Origin: Spirochaetia bacterium
GTDB taxonomy: Bacteria > Spirochaetota > Spirochaetia > SZUA-6 > Bin103
Reading direction: 5' to 3'
NCBI GenBank assembly: GCA_965203905.1
Contig: CBDBDQ010000005.1
Span: 352,001 to 416,000 of the forward strand
DNA length: 64,000 nucleotides
A model generated the notes under the pieces. That model worked only from the letters and a program-made list of their open reading frames with translations. It was not told the origin of the DNA and did no database searches. The translations under genes were made by a program, and so were the position numbers. Numbering within the stretch: the first letter of the stretch is position 1; each line of letters starts with the position of its first letter. Shown piece by piece: positions 49,541 through 59,756 of this stretch.

Positions 49541-50227
49541 TCAGCGGACGACTGCGACGCCCTCTCGCGGCTTGTCGGGCGGCTGGTTGTGGCTGCTCCA
49601 GAACAACCCTTCGATGACCCCCTCGACCTTGGACAGTCGGTCTCCGATGTTGACCACGCGCGCCGTGAGTTCCTTGAAGCCGGCCTGCATCTCCGTCCGC
49701 AGCCCACCTTCGACGGCCTTGGTGTCGTCCCGCAACCCGTTGCCAACGTCCTTCATCTCGCTCCGCAGACCGCTGTCGAGCGCCTTCATCTCGTCACGCA
49801 AACCGCCGTCGAGCGCCTTCATCTCGTCACGCAAACCGCCGTCGAGCGCCTTCATCTCGTCACGCAAACCGCTGCCGAGCGCCTTCATCTCGTCGCGCAG
49901 ACCGCTGTCCAGCGCCTTCATCTCGCCGCGCAAACCGCCGTCGAGCGCCTTCATCTCGTAGCGCAGACCGCTGTCCAGCGCCTTCATCTCGTCGCGCAAC
50001 CCACCGTCGAGTGCCTTCATCTCCTCTCGCAGACCGTCGTCGAGCGCCTTCATCTCCTCTCGCAGACCGCTGTCGAGCGCCTTCATCTCCTCGCGCGACC
50101 CGCTATCGACGGCCTCTATCTTGTCGCGCAACTCGTGCAACTCCCGACGGATCCCGCGATTGGACGCCAATATCACGGCGCCAAGGGCGATCGCCGCCGT
50201 GATGATCCCTATCAGCTCCAGGCTCAT
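49541..50227 (-). CDS. Membrane-anchored coiled-coil protein with 11-aa tandem repeats
   Basis: N-terminal hydrophobic helix LIGIITAAIALGAVILA, then ten MKALxxGLRxE units plus degenerate copies; RBS GGAGG. Confidence 0.8.
   Translation of the reverse strand: MSLELIGIITAAIALGAVILASNRGIRRELHELRDKIEAVDSGSREEMKALDSGLREEMKALDDGLREEMKALDGGLRDEMKALDSGLRYEMKALDGGLRGEMKALDSGLRDEMKALGSGLRDEMKALDGGLRDEMKALDGGLRDEMKALDSGLRSEMKDVGNGLRDDTKAVEGGLRTEMQAGFKELTARVVNIGDRLSKVEGVIEGLFWSSHNQPPDKPREGVAVVR
49690..50120. repeat. 33-bp coding tandem repeat array
   Basis: Core GCCTTCATCTC recurs every 33 bp. Confidence 0.92.
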
Positions 50228-50473
50228 GTACACCCCTCCGGCGCCCTCCGCTCCCTGCTGGCAGTCTACCGCTCCGGCGGCCATGATGTCACCAAACGGC
50301 GTTCCGGTTGCCCCGTAGCGGGCATCTCCCCCGGGAACCGAGGCCAACGTTGTCTGAACACACATTACAACTGCGGCGTATCGGCGCTGCTTCAGAGGCG
50401 GTGTCGCTGCCTGCCGGTGCTTGCCGCGAGGCGCTCGACCAGGAGCGGTCCCGTGCGTAGGGTAGCCAATACC

Positions 50474-52234
50474 ATGGGAAACGGATCGAACAACGGTGTG
50501 GCCGCTCCGCTCGACCTGGAGCAGCGCGCCGAGCTTGCCCTCAACGCGCTCACCCGCAACGTCGATCCCGCGTTGCGTTACACCCCCTACTTCGACTGCC
50601 GCCTGGAGCTCGATCCGCCGGTGCTCAGCCATCATCCCTACTGGGACCACTGCGACGGCACCGGCCGCGCCGTCTCCGCCCTGCTGCTGGCACGCGAGAT
50701 GACGGGCAGCGGCTACCGTAGCGAGACCGACGCTCACCTCGAACGACTGGTCGCCTCCTATCAGGGTGCGCAGGGCCTGTGCTGGATCCCCGCGCCCGAC
50801 TATCCCCCCGCCCCTACCCGGCGGCCGCGCCCGCCGGTGGCGGAGTTCTGGGGCCAGCGCGGCTGCCTGATGGCGTTTGTGACCGCCTACCAGCGCAGCA
50901 CCGACGATGAGGAACGCGCCGCCCTGCGGCAGCGGATCGACGCGCTGATCCACGGGCTCAAGGGCATCGCCATCGAGCGCGACGGATACTGCTACTATCC
51001 GGTGCCGGCGGATGACCGTCCCGTCGACGCCGATGAGCTTTTCTACCCCCGTGGCGGGTGGGCAGGGGGCGAGGAGCCGGACGGCACCGGCGTGATGTGC
51101 GCGACGGCTCCCATCATCCGGCCGATCGTGCAGTACCTGATGACCGGCGCCGGCAATCCCGAGGCCCGCGCCCTGTGCGACGGGTTGGCGCGCTACGTGG
51201 TGGAACGCGGCGGCGACTACGGAGCCGACGGCAGCTTCCGCGGCCATTTTCACAGCCGGGTGGCCACCGCCGCCGGGATCCTGCGGTGGGGGCGGTACTC
51301 GGGACAGGCCGACCTGGTGCGGTGGGCGCACCAGGTCTACCGCTACGCCCGCGGCATCGGCACCCGGTTCGGCTGGTTCCCCGAGTTCGTGGGCCAGCAC
51401 GCCTGCGAGACCTGCTGCATCACCGACATGATCGACCTGGCCATCCTGCTGGCCGGCGCCGGATACCGGGAGTACTGGGGCGACGCGGAGCGGTTCGGGC
51501 GCAACCACCTGGTGGAATCGCAGTTCCTCGATGCCGCCTGGGAGCGCCAGGTGCCGAAGCTCTCCCCCACGGCCGCCGCCGAGTACATCGCCGCGTGTCC
51601 GCCGGCGCAACTGAAGCGCGCCGGTGTGCGCGACGTGTTGCCCGGGGCATTCTCCGGCGGCAGCGCACCCAATGCTGTAGTCGACACGCGCCGCGGCCAC
51701 TGGTGGATGGGCTGCTGCAACGCCCATGGCGTGCACGGCCTGTACCTGCTGTGGCAGCACGCGGTGCGCGCAACGCCGGCCGCGGTGCGGGTCAACCTGC
51801 TGTTCAGCCGCTCCACGCCGTGGGCCGACGTCCGCAGCCATCTTCCACGGGCGGGCACGGTCGAAGTGACCATGCGCCAGCACGGAGCGCTGTCCGTCCG
51901 CATTCCTGACGATGTCCGGCATGACGAGATCACCGTCGATTCGCCCAACCGCTGGGCCTGGAACGACGGGTCCGTGGAGGTCGACGGCCTGGTGCCGGGG
52001 CAGGAGGTGGCGATCAACTTCCCGCTGACGGAACATGACGAGACGGTGCGCGTGCTCGGTGACGAGTATCGCGTGTCCTGGTGCGGCGACACGGTGCTGG
52101 CGATCGACCCGCCGGGACGCGCCGGACCTCTGTATCAGCGCCGCACCGGGCCACCCGCAGCCGGCGTGCCGCGCGCGAACGGAAACGGTAGTCGCGCCTC
52201 GCGCCCACCACGCTGTTCCCGAATCGAGTGGTAG
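50474..52234 (+). CDS. GH127/GH146-like (beta-L-arabinofuranosidase-type) hydrolase
   Basis: CETCC and GCCNAHG match the ETC and CC zinc-cysteine motifs; RNHLVESQ. Confidence 0.68.
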   Translation: MGNGSNNGVAAPLDLEQRAELALNALTRNVDPALRYTPYFDCRLELDPPVLSHHPYWDHCDGTGRAVSALLLAREMTGSGYRSETDAHLERLVASYQGAQGLCWIPAPDYPPAPTRRPRPPVAEFWGQRGCLMAFVTAYQRSTDDEERAALRQRIDALIHGLKGIAIERDGYCYYPVPADDRPVDADELFYPRGGWAGGEEPDGTGVMCATAPIIRPIVQYLMTGAGNPEARALCDGLARYVVERGGDYGADGSFRGHFHSRVATAAGILRWGRYSGQADLVRWAHQVYRYARGIGTRFGWFPEFVGQHACETCCITDMIDLAILLAGAGYREYWGDAERFGRNHLVESQFLDAAWERQVPKLSPTAAAEYIAACPPAQLKRAGVRDVLPGAFSGGSAPNAVVDTRRGHWWMGCCNAHGVHGLYLLWQHAVRATPAAVRVNLLFSRSTPWADVRSHLPRAGTVEVTMRQHGALSVRIPDDVRHDEITVDSPNRWAWNDGSVEVDGLVPGQEVAINFPLTEHDETVRVLGDEYRVSWCGDTVLAIDPPGRAGPLYQRRTGPPAAGVPRANGNGSRASRPPRCSRIEW

Positions 52235-52249
52235 GCCGGGATGCTCCGG

Positions 52250-53311
52250 TTACCGGATGACCGTCACCGTCTGCGGGCGTAGTTCGGCGAGGGGCGCGGT
52301 GGCCAGCGTCGACAGGTAATTGGGAATGCTGCCCGCCGGTGACAGCCCGTTCTCGATGCGCCAACGAGCCTGATCCTCCATGGCGAGCAACAGTGCCTGC
52401 GGGAGCTCGACCAGGAAGTCATGTCGCGGCCATGAGTAGTCCACGTACGCCGCGTCGTAGCCGAAGCGGCGGGCCAGGCGCGCTTTGCTGTCCTCCGGAT
52501 CTTCGCCGGCGCGTTGCTCGCTTGCCAGCACCGCTTCGAGCAACGCCCGCGCCGCCGCGGGATGCTCGGCGAGCCACCGATCGGTGGTAACCAGTACGAA
52601 GTAGTATTGCTGCCAGCGCTGGCCCGGCCAGCCAACTGCGTTGTCCGCCAGCTCCTGGCGCATCCGGTACACGTTCGGGTCCCAGGTGAAGCCGGCATCG
52701 ATCGTGCCCGCCAGGAGATCCGTGACGATCGCGCTCGGCGGAAGATCGACCAGCTCCACGTCGGACACGTTCAACCCGTTCAAGGTCAGAAACACGCCGA
52801 GCAGGAACTCGCCGGCACTCTTGCGCGTGACGCCGATCCTCCGGCCGACGAGATCCTGCGGTTCACGGACGCGATCGCGCCGGGCCACCAGCTCGTTGTT
52901 GTTCGCGATGGCCACCGTGGCCAGGATTCGCAACTCGGGGTGCTCGAATGAGTTGCTCACGACCACGAATTCCGCGGCCGTGGCCACGTCCACGTCGCCG
53001 GCGAGCAGTGCATCTACCGCCAGCTTGCCCGCCTCGAACGGCACCATCTCGACGTCCAGGCCGTGCGCGGCGAACAGGCCATGCTCATGGGCCAGCCACG
53101 CGAGCGCCCCGGTGTCTCCGGCGTAGGCCCCGAGTCGCAACGACCCGACCTCGGTCGCGGCCCGGCCGCCGCCGGATGCGATCATGGGCACGGCGACCAG
53201 CACCAGCAGCGAGATGCCCCAACGGAGGACGGCGCTCGGCCAGGTGGTCCTCACCCGGCGGACGCAGCACGCGTGGGCTCCGCCGGCCACGCCGTGGGCC
53301 GAACGGGACAT
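52250..53311 (-). CDS. NrtA/SsuA/NMT1-type substrate-binding protein, no adjacent permease
   Basis: GLFAAHGLDVE, DLVGRRIGV, IDAGFTWDP, LAMEDQARW; start uncertain. Confidence 0.82.
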   Translation of the reverse strand: MSRSAHGVAGGAHACCVRRVRTTWPSAVLRWGISLLVLVAVPMIASGGGRAATEVGSLRLGAYAGDTGALAWLAHEHGLFAAHGLDVEMVPFEAGKLAVDALLAGDVDVATAAEFVVVSNSFEHPELRILATVAIANNNELVARRDRVREPQDLVGRRIGVTRKSAGEFLLGVFLTLNGLNVSDVELVDLPPSAIVTDLLAGTIDAGFTWDPNVYRMRQELADNAVGWPGQRWQQYYFVLVTTDRWLAEHPAAARALLEAVLASEQRAGEDPEDSKARLARRFGYDAAYVDYSWPRHDFLVELPQALLLAMEDQARWRIENGLSPAGSIPNYLSTLATAPLAELRPQTVTVIR

Positions 53312-53321
53312 CCGGGTTCCC

Positions 53322-53819
53322 CTATCCGTGCCTGCCGAACAAGCCTCGTTTCTTCGTCGGCTCCTGCTCCGGCTCCGGCGCTCGACGGGGCGCCATCGAG
53401 GCGGCAGTCGGAGCATACCGCAGACCGTGGACGAGGCGATTGAACCGCTCCACGTCCAGGGGCTTCCTGGCCCACCGGCTCGGGTGCATCCCGAGATTCG
53501 TCAGCAGGTCCGATTCCTGTTCCCGGCTGGTCAGAATGAGCACCGGTATATGGCTCAACTCCGGGTCCGCCCTCATCTCCTCCAGCACCTGCAAGCCGTC
53601 CTTCTTCGGCATGTTCAGGTCCAGCAGAATCAGGTCCGGGCGCGGCGTACCGGCGTGAGATCCCTGCTGGCGCAGGCACTCCATCGCTACTTCGCCATCC
53701 TCGGCGACAGTGAAGTTGAGCGGCGTATCCACGTCCCGCAGGAGGCGCTGCGTCAACTGCACGTCACCGGGATTATCCTCGACCAGAAGGATCTCGATCT
53801 TGTCAGGTTGTTCCGCCAC
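53322..53819 (-). CDS. Single-domain response regulator (Rcp-like)
   Basis: ILLVEDNPGD, PDLILLDLNMP, LTS, RKP. Confidence 0.88.
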   Translation of the reverse strand: MAEQPDKIEILLVEDNPGDVQLTQRLLRDVDTPLNFTVAEDGEVAMECLRQQGSHAGTPRPDLILLDLNMPKKDGLQVLEEMRADPELSHIPVLILTSREQESDLLTNLGMHPSRWARKPLDVERFNRLVHGLRYAPTAASMAPRRAPEPEQEPTKKRGLFGRHG

Positions 53820-53874
53820 CAGTTCCTCCTCCGCGTTGTCGGCTTGCAGGCCAAGCCACCGCGCTTTCCATCAA

Positions 53875-54111
53875 TCAGGTACGCGGGTGCACCACGACGT
53901 TGTCTTCCACGTCGTAGTCGTCGCCGGCGTGCCGCGTAGCGACCCGCAGGACAGCCTGTTTCTCAGATTCGGAGCGCACCGCGCCAAACACGTCGAGGAG
54001 CTGTCGCCGATTGAAGAGTCCTTTTGCGCGTCTGATCTCCACGCCCAGGTGGGACGTATCGATGTTCTGACCGGAAAGATCGCTGAGGATAGTCTCGGAA
54101 ACGTCCGCCAT
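53875..54111 (-). CDS. Small BON-domain-like protein
   Basis: VFGAVRSESEKQAVLRVA..G..VEDNVVV resembles the BON pattern. Confidence 0.5.
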   Translation of the reverse strand: MADVSETILSDLSGQNIDTSHLGVEIRRAKGLFNRRQLLDVFGAVRSESEKQAVLRVATRHAGDDYDVEDNVVVHPRT

Positions 54112-54262
54112 TTGGGTGCCACCTCCGCAACCGTGGGTGCCCGATCGGCGTCCGCAGCCACGTGATTGTCATTCCATCGTGGCCCACACGGGCACTCACG
54201 TCAACCACGATCGCGGAGTTGCTCGGAGTTGCGCGGTCGCGTGCCGTCGAAACGGGTACCCG

Positions 54263-55376
<1,114 letters not shown>

Positions 55377-55384
<8 letters not shown>

Positions 55385-55835
55385 CGGAGTGTACCGACGG
55401 CAGCTTCACCACGGTCAGCCAGAAGTCCTCGAGCGAGCGGACGATCCTCAGGAACTGCTCCATGTCTACCGGCTTGGAGATGTAGCAGTTGGCGTGCAAC
55501 CGGTAGCTGCGCACGACGTCCTCCTCCGCTTTCGAGCCGGTCAGCACGACTACCGGAATCTGCTTCAGGTGATCGTCCGCCTTGATCTCCCGCAGCACCG
55601 AGCGGCCGTCCTTGCGCGGCAGGTCGAGGTCGAGCAGGATGAGGTCCGGCTCCGGCGCGGTGGCGTAATCACCGGTGCGCCGCAGGAACTCCAGCGCCCG
55701 GACCCCGTCGCCCACCACGTGCAGCCGGTGCAGGACGCAGCCCTCCTTGAGTGCCTCGGTCGTCAACTCGGCATCGTCGGGTGAGTCCTCCACCAGCAGG
55801 ATTTCCACCGGTCGCACCTGCGCGCTGTCAGTCAT
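55377..55835 (-). CDS. Single-domain response regulator (Rcp1-like)
   Basis: EILLVEDSPDD, LLDLDLP, ANCYISKP. Confidence 0.9.
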
Positions 55836-57339
55836 GGTCTTCGCCCTCCTTCGGCGTTGCGGGCACGGTAAAGAAGAAGGTGGCGCCGGCGCCCGGCCTC
55901 GACTCCACCCAGATGCGGCCACCCATGCTCTCCGCCGCTTTCTTGCACACCGCCAGCCCGATCCCGGTACCGGAGTATTCCGCTCGCGTGTGCAGCCGCT
56001 TGAAGATGTCAAAAATGCGGCCGGCGTGCTCCGGCGGGATGCCGATGCCGTTGTCGCTGACCGCGAACTCCCACTCCTGCGCCCGGCGCCGGCAAGAAAT
56101 CTCGACTTCAGGGGGCCGCTCGGCGCGAAACTTCAGCGCATTGCCGATCAGGTTGCGCAACAACTGTGCCAGCAGCGCCGGATCGGCGCGCACGTTCGGC
56201 AGCGCGCGCCAGGTGACCGACGCTTCCGACTCGCGCGTCGTGCGTTCCAGATTGGCCAGCTCTTGCGCCACGATCGCTCCGACGTCGACCGGCGCCAGAG
56301 CGGCGGCGTCACGGCCCACCCGTGAGTACTGGAGCAGGTCGAGAATCAGCTTCTCCATGCGTGCTGCCGCGGCCACGATGCGTTGCAGGTAGCGCTCGCC
56401 GTCACCACCGATGCGGCCCTGGTAGCGGCGCGTCAGAAAACCCGCGAACCCCGTGATGGAGCGAAGGGGCTCCTGGAGGTCGTGGGATGCCACATACGCG
56501 AACTGCTCCAGTTCGGCATTGGACCGTTCGAGCTCGCGCGTGCGCCTCTGCAGGAGGGATTGCGCCCGCATGGTTCGGTTCACCTCGGCCTGCAACTCCT
56601 CGCGGGAAACGGTCAGACTGCGCAGACGCCGAGTCATCTTGTCGAAGGCCTGCGACAGCTCCCCGATCTCATCCTGTGCCGCCATCCCGACTCGATGGTC
56701 CAACTGACCGGCACCGACGATCTCGGTACCGGCCTGCAGCTTGCGCAACGGCCGCACGACGCCAACCAGAACCAGGGCCAGCAGGCCGCCGACGATGCCG
56801 ACCATCACCACCAGGGCGGACATGACCAGGCGCGTGGTACGAGCCTGGGTACGAGCCAGCCGACCGCGGGTACGCGCGGCCAGCTCCAAGGACCCGGCCG
56901 CCGCCTCCTGCAGGCGCACCGCCAAGTGACTGGCCAGACGTGCCCGCAATTCCGGGGAGGCGCCACGTTCCTGCACCGCGTCCGCGGCGTTCGCGAGTCG
57001 CTCGAACAGCTCGGCGGCCGCGCTGTGGTCGAGCTCGATTCGTGCCACGATGTCGCGGTCACCGGGTTCCTGGAAACGCTCCTGTGCCGTCGCGAGCAGC
57101 GCCGCTGCGCTCTGGTAGCCGATCTCCCATTGCTGACGCGGTCGTTCGCCCCCGTACACGGCAAAATCGTTGGCCACCAGCGACAGGTTCAGGGCCGCTT
57201 CGACCACCTCGACGGCAACTCGCTCGCGCTCCAGGGCGTCGTTCATGTCGCGGCGAAGCTGCACCAGGACGCCGACGCCGAATACCGCCAGCAGCGTGCT
57301 CGCGGCGAACGCGATGTTGAATTTGCGTCGCAGGCTCAC
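55828..57339 (-). CDS. Membrane sensor histidine kinase with HAMP domain
   Basis: Two TM helices, HAMP DEIGELSQAFDKM, SHDLQEPLR, NLIGNALKF. Confidence 0.92.
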   Translation of the reverse strand: MSLRRKFNIAFAASTLLAVFGVGVLVQLRRDMNDALERERVAVEVVEAALNLSLVANDFAVYGGERPRQQWEIGYQSAAALLATAQERFQEPGDRDIVARIELDHSAAAELFERLANAADAVQERGASPELRARLASHLAVRLQEAAAGSLELAARTRGRLARTQARTTRLVMSALVVMVGIVGGLLALVLVGVVRPLRKLQAGTEIVGAGQLDHRVGMAAQDEIGELSQAFDKMTRRLRSLTVSREELQAEVNRTMRAQSLLQRRTRELERSNAELEQFAYVASHDLQEPLRSITGFAGFLTRRYQGRIGGDGERYLQRIVAAAARMEKLILDLLQYSRVGRDAAALAPVDVGAIVAQELANLERTTRESEASVTWRALPNVRADPALLAQLLRNLIGNALKFRAERPPEVEISCRRRAQEWEFAVSDNGIGIPPEHAGRIFDIFKRLHTRAEYSGTGIGLAVCKKAAESMGGRIWVESRPGAGATFFFTVPATPKEGEDHD

Positions 57340-57367
57340 CGACTACCCCCGCACCACCGAAGCACCG

Positions 57368-57395
57368 ATTATAGCGGAACTGCGCCGCGCGTCAG
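57368..57395 (-). promoter_or_regulatory. Putative promoter of the kinase cluster
   Basis: CTGACG-16 bp-TATAAT. Confidence 0.45.
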
Positions 57396-57399
57396 TGAG

Positions 57400-57978
57400 T
57401 CACCACCGGACGATGTGCTTGCGGGGCACGAATCCGGTCGCTGCCTTGATCGGCGCCTCGTCGCGACGCAGGTGGCCGCGCCGGTACAGCGGATAGCTCG
57501 CCGGCCTCTCGTCACGGGGCTCGATCTCCACCAGGGTGCTGCCGCGAAAGGTGCAGGTGAAGCGCCGCTCCATCTCGGTGCGGGAGTTCACGGTATAGCT
57601 CGCGGTGGACTCGTGAACCGGAAACCGGAGCGTGATCTCGGCGCCTGGCCGCAGGTCTTCGAACACCACGTACCCGCCCAGCCACCCGGGCGCCACCTCG
57701 CGGCCGGACACGAGGAACGCGATCCGATGGTGCCGCGCCCAGTGGGGAATCCGGACCGCAATCCGCCGTTTGCACCTGTTGCGAATGATCACCTTGCCGG
57801 CAAACGGGAGATGGCTCGCAACCTCGAGCCCGGCCGCGACCCGGTTGAGCAGCAGGTTCACGGTGGCGGAGTCGCCTCGCTCGCGCACGGCCCCCTCCCA
57901 CGCATAGTAGAGACCCTGCGCCGCCGTTCCCGTGCAGCACTGCATCGACCACACCCAGCCGTCGGGAATGCAGTCGGG
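57400..57978 (-). pseudogene. GH127-like hydrolase C-terminal fragment
   Basis: SMQCCTG..GLYYAW..VNLLLNR..VRIP..YPLYRR parallels the C-terminus of 50474; N-terminus absent. Confidence 0.68.
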
Positions 57979-58694
57979 CCGAGGCTGAGGATGAACAGGA
58001 TGATGATGGTGGGGAGGATGGATGCCACCGAGACGTGGATCATGCGCTGCACCCGATTGGCGCCGTCGACCAGCGACGCCTCGTACAGCTCCGGATCCAC
58101 CCCGGACAGCGCGGCCAGAAATATGATGCTGTTCCAGCCCACCGTCTGCCACACGCCGGAGCCGATGAAAATGGTGCGGAACCAGCCGGGACGGGCGAAG
58201 AAGTGCACCGGCTCCAGGCCGACACTGGCGATCAGATCGTTGACGATCCCGTGCAGGGAGAGGAGTTCCTTCAGCAGTCCGACGATGATCACGGTGGAGA
58301 TGAAGTGGGGCAGATAGGAGATGGTCTGCACCACCTTCTTGTAGGCGCCGTTGCCGATCTCGTTGAGCAGCAGGGCCAGCAGGATCGGGGCGGGAAAGGT
58401 CCACAGCAGCGAGTACAGGCCGAGCAGAAAGGTGTTCTTGAGCAGCCGGCCCATGTAGGGGCTGTCGAAGAACAGCTCGAACCAGCGCAGGCCGACCCAC
58501 GGACTGCCGAGGATTCCCCTGCCGATGCGATAGTCCTTGAAGGCCAGCACGATGCCGTAGATCGGCAGGTAGTGGAACAGGATCACCAGGGTCACCGCGG
58601 GCACCGCCATGGCCAGCAGGTACTTCTGCGCCGCCAGGTCCCGTAGCAACCCCCGCTTCTTGCCGGCTGCCAGGATGACCCGATCCGTCGCCAT
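57979..58694 (-). pseudogene. LplB-like carbohydrate permease, 3'-truncated
   Basis: YLPIYG, YLPHFIS, YEASLVDGA; homology stops after ILSLG, losing the last roughly 70 aa seen in paralogs. Confidence 0.78.
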
Positions 58695-59678
58695 CTACTC
58701 GTAACGGATGCGCGGGTCGATGATCGCCAGGATGATGTCGGAGATGAGGATGCCGGCGACCGTCATTATGCCGATCAGGACCACGAAGGCTCCCGCCAGC
58801 GCCATGTCCTCGCTGCGCAGCGCCTGCAGGAAGACCGGCCCCGCCGTGGGCAGGTCGAGCACCACGGCGGTGATCACCGCGCCCGAGATCAGCGACGGCA
58901 GCACCCAGCCGACGCTGGAGACAAAGGGGTTGACCGCAATGCGCAACGGATACCGGATCACCAGCCGAATCTCGTTCAGCCCGCGGGCGCGCGCCGCCTC
59001 CACGTAGGGCTTCTTCAACTCGTCGAGCAGGTTGGCGCGCAGCACCCGGATCAGGCTCGCGGTGCCGGCCGTGCCCACCACCACCACGGGAATCCACAGG
59101 TGCTGCAGCAGGTCGAACACCTTGGCGAAGCTCCACGGCGCCTCCTGGTACTCGGGCGAGAACAACCCGCCGATGCCGGCACCCAGGTACTTGAAGGACA
59201 CGAACATCAGCACCAGGGCAAGCAGGAAATTGGGAATCGACAGGCCCAGGAACCCGGCGAAGGTCCAGAAGTAGTCGCCCGCCGAGTATTGGCGCAACGC
59301 CGAGTAGAGGCCGATCGGGAACGCCACCATCCAGGAAAACAGCAACGCCGACACGGTCACCAGGACGGTGCCGGCGAGGCGCGACAGCAGCACCTCCCGC
59401 ACCGGCACTCCCAGGTCGTGGGAGAGACCGAAGTCTCCCGTCACGAAGTTCCTCGCCCAGAAGAAGTAGCGCACGTAGGCGGGACGGTCGAGGCCCCAGC
59501 GGTGGCGCAGCACCTCCTCCATCTCCGGGGTGACTTCGCGGCCCGCCCACTGCTGCCGCATCACGTAGGTGCTGGCATAGTCTCCCGGCGGCAGCTCGAT
59601 GACGATGAAGGCGATCACCGAGATGGCGATGATGGTCGGCACCGCCAGCAGCAGGCGGCGCACGATATAGCTCAGCAT
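58695..59678 (-). CDS. ABC permease (DppB-like)
   Basis: IELPPGD, EAARARGL, IDPRIRY. Confidence 0.92.
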   Translation of the reverse strand: MLSYIVRRLLLAVPTIIAISVIAFIVIELPPGDYASTYVMRQQWAGREVTPEMEEVLRHRWGLDRPAYVRYFFWARNFVTGDFGLSHDLGVPVREVLLSRLAGTVLVTVSALLFSWMVAFPIGLYSALRQYSAGDYFWTFAGFLGLSIPNFLLALVLMFVSFKYLGAGIGGLFSPEYQEAPWSFAKVFDLLQHLWIPVVVVGTAGTASLIRVLRANLLDELKKPYVEAARARGLNEIRLVIRYPLRIAVNPFVSSVGWVLPSLISGAVITAVVLDLPTAGPVFLQALRSEDMALAGAFVVLIGIMTVAGILISDIILAIIDPRIRYE

Positions 59679-59756
59679 GCGCCCGCGGAAGCAGTGCGGA
59701 GCGCCGGTTTCCGGCGCCCCGCAGTAGCGAACATCACAACATCAGGAGGCGAATCC

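Noticed and set aside
49690-50120. 33-bp repeats as a possible CRISPR array
   Set aside because: Units are contiguous with no unique spacers, keep a coding frame, and no cas genes are nearby
57400-59550. 716-aa ORF as a real fusion protein
   Set aside because: Only its last roughly 190 aa are hydrolase-like; the rest is an off-frame reading of permease genes across a deletion junction
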